Assembly (NCBI RefSeq): GCF_006345805.1
Contig: NC_043012.1
Span: 47,368,001 to 47,432,000, forward strand
Direction: 5' to 3'
Source: Octopus sinensis
Lineage: Eukaryota
DNA: 64,000 bases
In this document: piece after piece, positions 51,600 through 64,000 of the stretch
Layout: each line of letters begins with the position of its first letter
Position numbering within the stretch: position 1 is the stretch's first letter
Translations under genes and position numbers: made by a program
The notes under the pieces: model-generated
Told to the model about the DNA's origin: nothing
Database searches by the model: none
What the model saw: only the letters and a program-made list of their open reading frames with translations

Positions 51600-51748
51600 C
51601 AAATCATATCTACAGCTGAGTGAACCGGAGCAAAGGGAAATAAAGTGTCTTGCTCAAGAATAAAACTCACAACTCGACTCGGGAATTAAACTCACTACCT
51701 CATGATTGTGAGCCCGACGCTCAAAATGCTGAGCCATGCACCTTCACA
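51600..51748 (-). mobile_element. SINE family C fragment
   Basis: gaaataaagtgtcttgctcaagaa...gggaattaaactcac...gctgagccatgc. Confidence 0.55.
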
Positions 51749-52904
51749 ATATTACTCGTGTCTGTGGAATACTTAGCAATTTACAAGCTAATCCAGTGAG
51801 TAAATTAATTTCACGGTGGTTTAATTTCATTGAGAAATTAAATACACCCAGACGAGACTGACTGAAATGATATACATTTTAATATATTACTGATATTAAT
51901 ATTTTAGAAAATGATTATTTTGATAGAGGAAATTATAAGTAATATAAATTTATTTTATTCGTGAAATTAGAAATACATGATTTATTTCCGTTGTTTAAGA
52001 AAAAAAATCATGTATGAACATGTTAAGAAATATTTAATTTTTATACTGATTTTATATTTATTAATTTTATTTTACTTCATGTTTTCGATGCACAAATACA
52101 TACAGCTGAATACACCCTGGCCAATTGTGATTTTGTCTATGTTTTCTTTTTTCTTGAGAACAAGCTGGTTTCTACTTCAATCATGTAAACGATTTTCTAC
52201 CCACAAAATGTTCTGCCCAAGTAGTCATTGCAGCCATGACTTAACATAATCCAATATACAATCATTCTACACTAGGACACTGAAAAGAATGTAATTACAC
52301 TGTGGATGGAAGTCAAGTTTTCGTACCCCGGAAGAGTCCCGTTATCTTGATTTGTAAGTATCTGGTGCTCCATTTGTTACATCTAGTTGTTTAGTTACTA
52401 TAAATCTTTTACTTTTGGTTTGAAGTTATTTATAGAAACATAGGTTCATCATGTAATCGAAATGGACTGAGATGGTCGCTCTACATTGATATAACATGTA
52501 AACTTTGTCGGGTGTTTACTGACGGTTATATTTTACGTTACTGGCATCGCCGCGCTGGAAGGCGGACTGCCATTCTTTGTCTCAAGTAATCCCCTTTGCT
52601 CTATGTAATCATCATTACATCCACTGCATTTGATAATATACTTTAATTTCGTGTGGCACAAGTGAAATGAATTTTTAATGTAAATATCATTCTGGCTTTA
52701 AATTCCCGCGTCGAGCTCACACTGAGGCTGAAACAGACTGCGCAATTAAGACAGTTAAATTTTTTGACTACTAGAGTTGGAATTTTTGGAAGAAATTTTG
52801 CGATTGCAAATAACTTTTTTAAAAAGAACTTTGTCTTTTAGTACAAACTATTGCATATATTTCTTGGGCATTTTTTATTCGTTTGTCGTCCACTGAAAAG
52901 GGAA

Positions 52905-53250
52905 ATATACCCTTCTGTATTTCTTGCAATGTCTCTTCGTCTATACTGTATATCTTAGGTATGTTTCTTGTTTCTCGTAATCCATGTGTATCTATCGTTT
53001 TAGCATTTTCTATTCCATTATCGGGTAAAGTTCCAAAGTCTTTTGAGTAATATAATGTTATTCCTTGAAATCATTACTTCAGGATTTTAAGAATGAATAG
53101 AATTGTGCAGATTCTTCTTGCCCAGTTGTATATAAAGTTTATGCTTTGGATGGGTGAATGAAAATAGCAGGTATTGTTTTGTATCTGTTACTCTGAAGTA
53201 GCTGTCGGTTGCAAAGTTAAATCTCTTATTATGTCCAAAGCAAATCGTTC
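52905..53250 (-). mobile_element. Penelope-like element RT thumb-region fragment
   Basis: The minus strand gives TDTKQYLLFSFTHPKH, then after a frameshift YNWARRICTI and DNGIENAKTID, matching the PLE pattern YL...S.HP...K..I...ARRI..I. Confidence 0.65.
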
Positions 53251-53289
53251 CCATTTATAATCCTTTTGATAGGTGTAAAGCGTTGCAGC

Positions 53290-54110
53290 ATTAAAGAAAT
53301 TCAAACGTCCTCGCACACTGTCGATGTCTCCCAACTATAGAGCAAAAGATGGAAGATCTGGGACATGGAGATTCACATCTTTGTCCTCCTGCTCAGATTT
53401 TGGCAGCGATAATTCATTTGTCCAGTGAGTTCACAACTTCACCAGCATGACCACTACTTTTTAAGACTTCCGATTCGTAACTACTACTGATATGGATCAC
53501 AATTCTGGGATATGTGAAGTTGGAAACATCTTCGTCCCTCTCAATCGCAAAAGAGACAAGCAAGATGGAGTGCACCAGGAAGCCAAGGAAACACAAGATC
53601 TTCGCCTTGACCCAAGAAGTTCTGCTTCCTCAGAATGAAAGGAGATCACTCCTTACAACATCCAGATATTCAGTAAGAATAACTGAGTTATTGCAAAATT
53701 CAGTCAGTAATTCTAATTTTACAAATAAATGCTCCAAAACTAGATCGAGACATTATCTAAAAAATATACTGTTCATGAAGAGTTTGGATAGTGGGAGACA
53801 AAATACAACACTGGTGGGTACCAGTTCTAGAATTCTCCAAAGTACATTCCTGACCTCCGAGTCGAATGCCTTGCGGAAGTCAACATATGCTGCAGTCAGC
53901 TTCTGACGAAAACTTCAACTGCTTTTCATGAGTACGTGGCTAACAAGGATCCTGTCAGAGGTTAAATTCTATGGCATGAATCCCGACTTCTCCGGCCGTC
54001 ACGAGAGTCAAGCAGACGATTTCTCACACTGTTTAGAATACCTCCGACAAAAACCTGCTGCAATTATAGTGTAAGAGCCCTATAGCTGCATCAGCCATTT
54101 CTACCTCTCC
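53290..54110 (-). mobile_element. Decayed RTE-like LINE RT fragment
   Basis: AAYVDFRKAFDSEVRNVLWRIL; FTYPRIVIH...ESEV; LLLYSWETST (compare LLYGCETWT). Confidence 0.7.
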
Positions 54111-54193
54111 AGGGAGGATTAATTATGCCTCTCTCCTAGTCAGGCGGTAGGATACCTCTGCTTCAAATTATCACTCCTTCAAGATTGCACTCA

Positions 54194-54277
54194 TCGGGCC
54201 GACCGAAGCATTCAGTCTCGATTTGCTAGATGGAAATTGAAAGAAAGTCGTCATATATGTGTGTGCATGTCTTTGTT

Positions 54278-54280
<3 letters not shown>
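54194..54280 (+). mobile_element. SINE family A internal fragment
   Basis: tcgggccgaccgaagc...gatttgctagatggaaattgaaagaa. Confidence 0.55.
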
Positions 54281-54355
<75 letters not shown>

Positions 54356-54959
54356 CATATATATAATTAGATGTGTGTATGTTTCCCTTGTTAACATTTA
54401 ACACGGAAAAAATAGATAAATAGTTACCAGGGTAGCAAAAAATCAAACAAGTAAAAAAGTTGTAACTCCTTGTTTTTAAAGGTAGAAAATTCGGGTTTAT
54501 GTAAAATATTTTGGATAATATATATAAATAAATAAATGGAGTTAAACGCAGCTGTTATTCAAATTCTTATACTTCCGACACATGTTTCGAAGATATCACT
54601 GGTATTATTCCAAAGGAATAAAATGGTGTAAAGCAATGTAATCTTCTCTTCAGAGAAGCAAAAAAATGAAATTCGTCATTAAGACATTTTAGCAGAAAAT
54701 GATGGATATATATACTGTTTAACTGAATGCTATTAAGATTGTTTAAAAAAACGTTTTATGATATAACGTCAAAGGTAGACTATTGAAAGAGGAGGGATAA
54801 ATGAAAGAAAAACTAAATAAATGAGAAGTATATGACTATATGTATATTAAATTTAATCATATAGACTTGGAAAAATATACATCTCTATTGAGATATATAT
54901 CTAAATCTAAATTAAATAACAGCAGATTTTAATGACCACCTCGAGAACCCAGTTTCCCC

Positions 54960-56180
54960 ATAAACTGTTCGCTGGGAGCTACACAAAGCTGGATTTCACA
55001 GGATGTATTCGAAAGCCGTCAACAAAAAAGTCAAACATTTGTTATTCATGGATGACCTCAAACTGTATGGTAAAGATGAAGCCCAAGTCAGTTCCCTCGT
55101 TGATACGGTATATACTTTCAGTGCTGATATCAGAATGGAGCTCGGACTGAGAAAGTGTGGTGTATTAGTACTGAAGAGAGGCAAAATCAAATGTATGAAT
55201 GCACTAACGATACGGTCGGGGGAGGTTACGAAGCAGGTAGAAGGGACGGGCTATAAGTACTTGGGGATTTTGAAAATGGATAAATTGATGGAGAAAGAAA
55301 TGACAGAAAAATTTAAGGTGGAGTACTTGCACAGACTGAGACTAATACTTAAGGCAAAATTAAACGGATGGAATAAGATCGAAGCTATCAACACCTGGGC
55401 GGTTTCACTCCTTAGGTATGGAACAGGGGAAATCGCATGGATAGTAGAAGAACTAAAAAGCTTAGACAGAAAGACAAAAAAGTTTCTAACTAGATATTGG
55501 TCTGTCCACCCGAAAAGTGACACAGATAGACTGAATGTACCAAGACAAACATGGGGAAGAGGGCTTATTGGATGCGAACACAGCATTAAAGCAGATGTAA
55601 AACATAACATGATATGTAAAAAGGGCCACAGAAATGCTATTATTAGAAGTAAGAAAGTCAGGCTTGTGTAGGTTGAAAGAGTGCAAAAATAAAACACTTT
55701 ACAAGTAATTGAAATCGAATGAAACTGAAAATAGGTAGGTAAAGAAAAGAACGCATGGTCAATTTCTTACCTTCATGTGTTGAAGATAAGACAGAGAGAA
55801 AAAATGCCTGTGGATGACTGAAAGTGATTTAAAACCGAAAACGGAGGCTCTAATCTGTGCTACCCAAGAGCAAGCACTAAGAACAAACTACATAAAATAC
55901 AGAATAGACAGCACATCAGAAAATGATAAGTGCAGAATCTGTGGGCAAAACGGTGAACCTGTATGGCATATTACCAGCCAATATATGCCACTAGCCCAGG
56001 AGGAATATAAGTGACGTCACGAAAATATAGCCAAGTTTTTCCATTGCACACTTTACAACAAGTATGGACTTGACAGTGAAAAAAATTGTTACGACCACAA
56101 ACCTGTCGAAAAGAGAAATACAAAGATCCTATGGGATTTTATGATTCAGTGCGACTATGAGATTGAGATTAGGAAGGCGG
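54960..56180 (+). mobile_element. R4/Dong-like LINE fragment (RT core to zinc knuckle)
   Basis: The 222-aa ORF 55003-55671 has HLLFMDDLKLY, MELGLRKC, YKYLGI and HPKSDTDRL..GRGL. Downstream are LKPKTEALICATQEQALRTN..CRICG..WHI and ILWDFMIQCD. Frameshifts and stops. Confidence 0.92.
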
Positions 56181-56189
56181 AAAAATCTT

Positions 56190-58400
56190 ACTTGAGAAAG
56201 AAAACAAACTATGACAGGTTAGCTTGGGAAGTTAAACACAAGAGTGGCCTTCGAATAGATCTTCAGTTTGGGATTTGGTCAAAGAAGAGTTGCTTTGGAA
56301 TTTTGATATCATTCATTCGTGAGAGATAACCTGACCACCTTAGAGGTATTTTAATGACGATGGCTCCATTACTTGATATGTTGCATTTTGTTAGCACCTT
56401 ACTGTTACGAATATGGTCACTCATTTTGTTATTGGAAATAGCACTCAAACATCGAACAGTAAAAGCTTCAAGCTGGTTGATATGATTTCGGTACAATTTA
56501 TATGATTCAGCATCATAAACCAATGATGTAAAAAACCACCAGTATGTACATATCGACTTTCGCCATCAGCTATATTTCGTTGCTGTTTCCATGTCTAATT
56601 TACCGAAAGTGGGACTAGTCTTCCCGATTTTGGATTTAATTTTATTAATACTAAAGCATCATTGGGCACAATGGAACCAAAAAACAGTTTTTTTTTATCC
56701 TATTCCGTCAACATATACAGTAAGGTCAACAGCAGGAGGATGCTCGCAGATGGACAAACTCACTTTTCATGAAGCTAATATTTAGACCAAAGGGTTTGAT
56801 GCTCGCGACATGTTCTTTAGAATGTATTGCATGTCCTCACGATTGTGTGCTACGAGGGCACGATTGTCTGCGAAAAACAGATCACGAACTACTTACAACA
56901 GAGTCTTAGTATTTTGCTTTGCTGCGCTGTTGGTTGAACAAGTCACCACCATTCCTCTACACAAACTTCACTCCTTCCTTAACAACTTTGAACGCTGTTT
57001 GTAGAATGCCAGAGAAATATATAGCAAATCACAATTGTTCAAGAGCACAACGTTATTTAGTTCCATTTGAGACTCTGAATCGGACACTTCCACGCCAGAT
57101 CTAACAGAAGCCGTCTTCCCTTGGGGGAAAAAAGTGATGACATCGAGCATCTTTTCGGGAAAAACCTACTTTTCAGAGGGAAACACAAAATGCATCACCA
57201 GATACGGTGACGAAAGTTTTAGTTACATCTACAAAAGTGACAAAATGGTCTCGAGCCTTTCCCTGCAGCTTCTTCAGGCAGAAACCCATACCTCCAGTGC
57301 CTCTACCAGCCCGACATCCTCACTGAGATTCAGACAAAGGTAAGATGGAAAACTTCCGTGGATCTTCGCGGAGATGCAAAAAAGGGGGCGACCTCTATAG
57401 TTGTCACATTCATATTTGTTGCCTTTATGCTTATAGAGATGGACAGTAGAAACAAATTTAAAGTCCTGTGGGACCGATTCTGGCTCCCATATTAAGGGGA
57501 AGTGTTCACATAATTTGTTCAGCAGGAGACTGGCATCATGCTTATATATTTCAGCTGGTATACCATCATTCTCAGACGACTTTCCATTTGTGATCTGTTT
57601 CATGACCTTTTTATCTCGGTATTTGATGTAGCAACAGGCAACCCATTAAGGACAGGCTTCTTTGGTTGGTTGTTGATCAGTTCTTCATCAGCAATTGAGT
57701 ACATACGCGTGTTCAGAAGATTTGAAATCTGCTCTGCCCAGCGCTTCGTGATGTCTTTTTTTTGTCTGTCAAGTCCTCAACTGAAAGCATGGAAGTTGTG
57801 TCATGATACACAGCATTCTACGACTCCTGCGCCTTCTTTCGTCTTCTTTCACCGCTTTGTTTCATTTTCCTCAGATGAGATTGGCATGTATTTCTGGCCT
57901 TCTAAAACTCATTGCGCTTGGTGGCATTATTTTTGTCTCACATCCATTGAAGATGACACTTGTTCATATTGTCGAAAAGAGGAGAGATATCTGGATCATT
58001 TAAGTCGCACCAATCTTGATGCTTCCTCTTAACCTAAAAAAATCAGATAGCCAAGTTTCCGAAAGAGCTGCTGTTCCAATGTGTTTTTCATTCAAGACAA
58101 ATGCAACTATAACGGTTCAGTGTTCTGTAACTTTCTCGCTTCTCTGAAGGGTTTCAACATTTGTAGATGCAACGAAAAAGTCTTTTCAGTTTCGGTTCAC
58201 TTAGTGTTTTGCTGAAGTATTGGATGCCCAGTTATTTGCACCTAATTACCGGGGACAATGCGACTAAGCAATTTTAGGTCAAATTTTCTTGACCCAACCC
58301 TCTTTGATAGGAGGAAAGTAGTGACATCCTAAAAAGAGCTGCCTTGAAGACGCGGCTTACACGATTACACGCTGATGTTGTGCAAAGTTCAAGCTAAGAA
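56190..58400 (-). mobile_element. RTE-clade LINE, decayed and internally deleted (AP endonuclease N-terminus and RT)
   Basis: ASTNVETL..IGTAALSETWL (APE start, ~58030-58200); GKSSENDGIPAEIYK..HLYKHKGNK.ECDNYRG; QLEAF..RCL..LRWSGYLSRMND.KIPKQLF. Confidence 0.85.
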
Positions 58401-59660
58401 CATCCTATGACATCGTTCCCCCTCCCTATCCCTTCATCTTCATAGGATTTGGTTGGTACAAAATATGTTCGTGCTATTTGCTGACGACATTGTACTGAAC
58501 TATGTGCACTTGGTTTGTATATGTTGGTTATTTCATGTGCAGCTGCATACGCATTCCATAAAAAAAAAGCATTTCTTTGTGCTTGGTGAACGGTATGCTA
58601 CGTGTCAGATACTAAATCGATCCCAGATAGGAGATCAATGTGACCTTGTCCTAGTAATCATGCTTAGCCTACCGAGCCCAGACTGCCTTATATGTAAGTA
58701 GATGCTGACAGCGCTCACCAACGAATGGGGCTGTCAGCAACCATGAACCTGGTTTTATATCAAACTTTTCTTCCGCCTCCTTGATGGGTCGGCATTGTCC
58801 TATGTAGTAATACACGCGCGTGCGCTCTGCCCTCTCCACGTGTATATACACCTACATGTATATAAACTATAAAGAAGCAAAATATATAAAATTCAGAAAT
58901 ACATAAATAAAATAAAATATAGAAAGACGATATATACATATGGACACGCGAAAACACACACACACACATACACATACATATATGTGTGTATGCGTGTGTG
59001 TTTGTGTTTATGCAGATCGATGACAAACGATAAGAAATACATGTGTTAGTAGATTTCGTAAATTTATGTGTGGGCCATAATTATGCTAAAATGTACTCAC
59101 AATTAGCTTGAAAGAGTAACTAATGGTCACTATTCCCACAATTATTTCTCCTCTTTTCGCTTAGGAGTTGTTAATTGTAAAGTAATTTATCTAACCCTTA
59201 GTACCAACCTGATTGAAGCGCTCTTGAGTATCATCGCTGGGTGGCTAAATTTGGAACGCTTATGATATTTGAAATTCGTAGAACAATATATTTAAGTGAA
59301 TTTTTATACGTTCTCATGTGTTTCAACATATTAGTGATATATATATCATACAATTTTATTACATCCTATTTTCGCAATAGGCGCAATGTTGAACAGTGTC
59401 AACATTTAATATAATGTCACGCTTATTTACTGTTTATGAGTTTGTAAGAACCTAGCACAAGTCGTTAAATAGATTAAGATCTTTTGTAATGCTTTTGCTT
59501 ATTCATATTACTTCGTACTAGAGGGTATATTGTGCAATACAAACAAGGCTGTGAAATAGAATTTTAGTAAAGTTAACGTGGATCAGGTGCACTACCTGTC
59601 ATAATTGAATTTTCAAGGTTTAAATTAAAAAGGAATTGTAGAACGAATTTGCCATTGATA

Positions 59661-59743
<83 letters not shown>

Positions 59744-59745
<2 letters not shown>

Positions 59746-60021
59746 TAATCCAAACAAGAAAACACAGAAAAAAAGAGAAAAAAAAACACAGCAACGCAGG
59801 ACGTGGAACAATTAAAGTATTATTGACGCTCGGGAAAGAAGGGAAGGAGGGTTTAACGTTTCAAGCGGAGCTCTCGTCGGAAACAAGGAGAAGGAAAGAT
59901 CTCAAGAAGGGAAGACAGAGGAAAACATATTTGAGCTGGTGGTGCTCAAGAGATCACATGTATATGTGTGTGTATACATATATAGATATAGATATATAGT
60001 TATGTATATATATATATATAG

Positions 60022-60081
<60 letters not shown>

Positions 60082-60369
60082 CTATATATATATATATATA
60101 TAGATATATATATATATATAAAGTTAATCCAAACAAGAAAACACAGAAAAAAAGAGAAAAAAAACACAGCAACGCAGGACGTGGAACAATTAAAGTATTA
60201 TTGACGCTCGGGAAAGAAGGGAAGGAGGGTTTAACGTTTCAAGCGGAGCTCTTCGTCGGAAACAAGGAGAAGGAAAGATCTCAAGAAGGGAAGACAGAGG
60301 AAAACATATTTGAGCTGGTGGTGCTCAAGAGATCACATGTATATGTGTGTGTATACATATATAGATATA

Positions 60370-60390
<21 letters not shown>
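59744..60390 (-). mobile_element. Family H2 copies 5 and 6 as a ~379-bp tandem duplication
   Basis: The unit starts at 59744 and 60123 and includes the flanking tatagatatagatatatagttatg. Hammerhead-like motifs lie at 59851-59884 and 60229-60263. Confidence 0.92.
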
Positions 60391-60640
<250 letters not shown>

Positions 60641-62303
60641 TATATGTATATATGTATATATATGCATGTGCGTGCCACAGAGTGTGCGCGTATACATATA
60701 TACATGGATACACATGCATATATGTACCGAACGGATATGTGAAAAGTTACAACACTGACATTATGTATATTTTTTCTCTATGCTTATATGTGTATATGTT
60801 TATATGCGTATGCGTCAATATGTATGCCTACATATCAGAAGAACAAAAAAGAATCCCTACAGACACAATTAACTCTGCCATCGAAAGCAATATATCCCGA
60901 AAGGTCAGGCAGTCCTTTCAATCCAAGATTGATGAGCAAGATATGAATAAAATATATCTCCATTTCGCCATCTGTGATTTCTGCCACTAGGCAGGTTATT
61001 AGTAACACATATTTTCTGTTATGTGGAGGTATTTATAAACATAAGTCAGAAATAGACGTTTGTATAAAGCCGACATCAATGACACCATTTACATTTAAAA
61101 GGCATTATTCATGAAGGTTTGCATTTATCTTTGCTTATTTTTGTTCACGCACTTAAAGTACTACTTTCTTTCATGTGAGAATGTGTAACATTTATAATTC
61201 ATATAACAGAAGTTTGCGCGGTACAGATTGCCTAAGTTACGAGGTCATGAGAGTGATGGAATTCTTTCTACTAAATATGAAGGAAAGCAGTCTTCCGATC
61301 ATCTTTTATTTATTTTTTTTTGTTATTAAATTTTTGTTCAATATACTTTCATATTTTCACAACAACGCCTCCTTCCTTTACATTATATCTATAATATACA
61401 TGTACGTGTCCGTGTGTGTATACATACATACGTACATCTTACAAGCACACATATATATATATATACATATATACATACATCATAAATATATATTTAAATA
61501 CAGATTACGTATGCATATATATATATACATGCACACAAATACATGCTGATGGCGCCATGTCGACACATCGTCTGATGATTGCTGTCTCCTTGTGTTCCGT
61601 GGTTATCGAAAGCATTTCTCACTGCCACTCCATGAGTTCCCACATGACTTCTCAGTACTGCAGTTGATCTGTTTGTTTTGCAGTATAGGAGACAGATGAA
61701 AGCTATAGCTTACTGAACACTTCTAACTGGTTAGCTCTGCACATGTAACCACTTTTCCATTGCCACACGACTTTCTTTAGCTGGTAAAACGAATAAGATC
61801 ATCATAAAGAGAAATGTGTAGGTTATGGGATTATATTGAAACATGTACAACGCGATTACTCCTCACTGACCTCCGTGATTTGGACTCAGTTGCAGGCTGC
61901 ATCGATATGAGTGTTAATCGCACAGATTTTACATGAGTGTGTCCCTCTCCTAGAAGGTTGCGCTGACAACAGCTTGGAGGTGATACTGCGTACCATGACA
62001 CCAGTCAAAGGTATTTTAGCGTAAGGGCACTGTGAGTAATTGTCAACCTGTACGCTAGTTAACCCATATCGGCGATCCAGAGATTTGCTATTATACTGAG
62101 TAAGACCACACATAATAACAATAGTTGTTAGGGGATGTATGCTCAGACCCGGGTGCAGTTGAAAGACACACACATACGTACTAACATGCATACGTGCTTG
62201 TGTGTCTGTACATATATACATATATAAACGTATGTATATTATCTACATGTATATAAGTATGTATATTATATATATATATGTGTGCATATATATATATATG
62301 TAC

Positions 62304-62640
62304 ATTAGAAGAAATGGGGTACTCAGAAACTCGGATGGTTTTATATTTACAGATATTTATTTGTATATTACAGGTTTTTATACATCATATAACTTAGATC
62401 ATATGTTAGTGTTTTCTGCCATTCTGGTGGGGATTTCAAATCGAACTGAAAACGATTCAAATCGATTTGAAAACCCCACCAGAATGGCAGAGAGCACTAA
62501 TATATGATCTAAGCTATATGATGTATAAAAACCTGTAATATACAAATAAATATCTGTAAATATAAAACCATCCGAATTTCGGGGCACTTCATTTCTTCTA
62601 ATATAAAATACCTGTACATCATCTCCAAACCTTCCAATAT
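62304..62640. repeat. Fold-back element with 141-bp arms
   Basis: 62304-62444 pairs with 62462-62602 (11 mismatches counted, no indels, 17-nt spacer). The right arm extends ~38 bp further into (TA)n. Confidence 0.92.
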
Positions 62641-63532
62641 ATATGTATACATACATACATATGTATGTAATCAATATATAGCCCATAACCTCAGGGTATG
62701 TCCATATGTGTATACAATAAGAACGATTGAAACTGACTCAATTTAAAGTCATTATTCATAATCTTATATAACTTTTTAACAGAACTGGAGTTATTATTGA
62801 AATCAAATTGCGGGTTAATATATAAGATGATCATTATTCCCGAAAAGAGGCTTGTAGGTATAGAGCTTTTAAAATTTTGTATGAAGTGATCAATATTTAT
62901 ATATTCAGTATATAGATAAATAAATAAAAAGATGAAAAATATTGGGAGATTAACGAGGAGTATAAACAGTCACTAAGACCCAACTTATAATAATCAAGTG
63001 AATCATTGGAGAAATTTATATAAGCAAGTTACTCTTCATTTACTTGTTATAGTAATCAAGACCAGTCATATTTTTTATGGTTCTCTTTTTCCTGTTCAAT
63101 GAATTATAACTACCCTTTGCAGTGAATTCTGAGTGAAACAGAAGTAGAGAAGAGAAATGAAGAGGAAAGAGATAGGGATAGATCTCTGGAAATTAGACGT
63201 AGAAAGGAATTATTTTAAAGATGTAATTGCAGATGCTAAAATCAAATGAGAAATTTAGATAGAAATTCATGGGGAAGATAGTTTGTGTTTAAATGTTCTG
63301 TGAAAACAGTTAATCGCAGTTAAATACATGAATGAAGTGCGGGGATTTGTAATAGTGTATAAATACCCAGTCGTTGATGTATAAATGTTTTATATACTAC
63401 CATATGTGCGTTATATACGATGATCGTTATCAATACAATTCCGGTATTTATCTCCAGGCTACGTTGCAAAAGTATTTTTGTCGTTATACCTGCATCCATT
63501 TCAGTTTCTTTTCATTCAGCAGGAATATATAG

Positions 63533-64000
63533 AGAAGGTGTATTCTAGAAGTTTTCAGACATTTTTGGAGAGACAGTCATACATTCAAAAGAAATCCAAA
63601 ATGTTAACATCTTTCAAAATAGGATCCTCATATTTCAATGAACGTGTTGCGCTTCAGTCAGTTCGTGAACGTTCCGTACAGGTTTTCTAATGTAAGACTT
63701 ACCAAGTCCTTTGTCACAGCTTCTTTCATTTTCAAAATTATACCCCACGAGATTTTCCTTCTGTTTAGGGAATAACCGAAAATCACAAGTAGTAAGGCCT
63801 GAGCTCTACAGAGGGTGAGATACATTTATGATATCGAGGTCTATCAAGTTGTTGATTTCTAGAATATTCGTCACTGAGCACTACGGAAACGAACTTTGCA
63901 CGAGTTTTGCGCATATTTAGATTTTCATGAATAATTATGAGTGTCTTTGGAGCACCAGCTCTTATACACACACGACAGTCTTCGTTCAGAAAACTGCAAA
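63533..64000 (-). mobile_element. Mariner transposase remnant
   Basis: IIHENLNMRKTRAKFV (compare IL...L.MRK..ARWVP) and SSGLTTCDFRLFPKQKENL (compare YSPDLAPCDFWLFPKLK), then MKEAVTK. TIR-like gaaggtgtattctagaagttttcagac at ~63533. Confidence 0.75.

Noticed and set aside
58453-58701. LFADDIVL as an RT catalytic motif
   Set aside because: An isolated 8-aa match with no flanking RT motifs in any frame I checked.
61572-61611. CTGATGA...GAAA as a hammerhead
   Set aside because: The bases next to the core do not pair (T/C), and no stem I or cleavage triplet can be placed.
62304-62335. TAGAAGA-A...GAAA motif in the fold-back family as a hammerhead relic
   Set aside because: Core positions 3-4 are wrong and stem II is not conserved among the three copies seen.

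Overview
This is a 64-kb stretch of repeat-dense, AT-rich eukaryotic non-coding DNA. The SINE families and the density of (TA)n/(CA)n/(TAA)n tracts look like an octopus (coleoid cephalopod) genome; that is my recognition of the sequences, not a database match. I found no intact host protein-coding gene. The ORFs in the supplied track are microsatellite read-throughs, decayed transposon fragments or short frames I could not assign. The window holds: many tRNA-derived SINE copies of at least three families; decayed non-LTR retrotransposons (four R4/Dong-like restriction-endonuclease LINE pieces, three of them ending in simple-repeat tails, plus RTE-like pieces); a Penelope-like RT fragment; several Tc1/mariner remnants; and a Helitron Pif1-helicase fragment. 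Two things stand out. (1) Two short interspersed families carry minimal type-I hammerhead-ribozyme motifs of the Penelope style. One appears to be a large palindrome with two back-to-back tRNA-like heads and a hammerhead toward each outer end. The other is a ~200-bp unit embedded in or next to (TA)n, present six times, including a tandem dimer. (2) Several unrelated fold-back (palindromic) elements and hairpins sit in or next to microsatellites. All alignments and identities were judged by eye.
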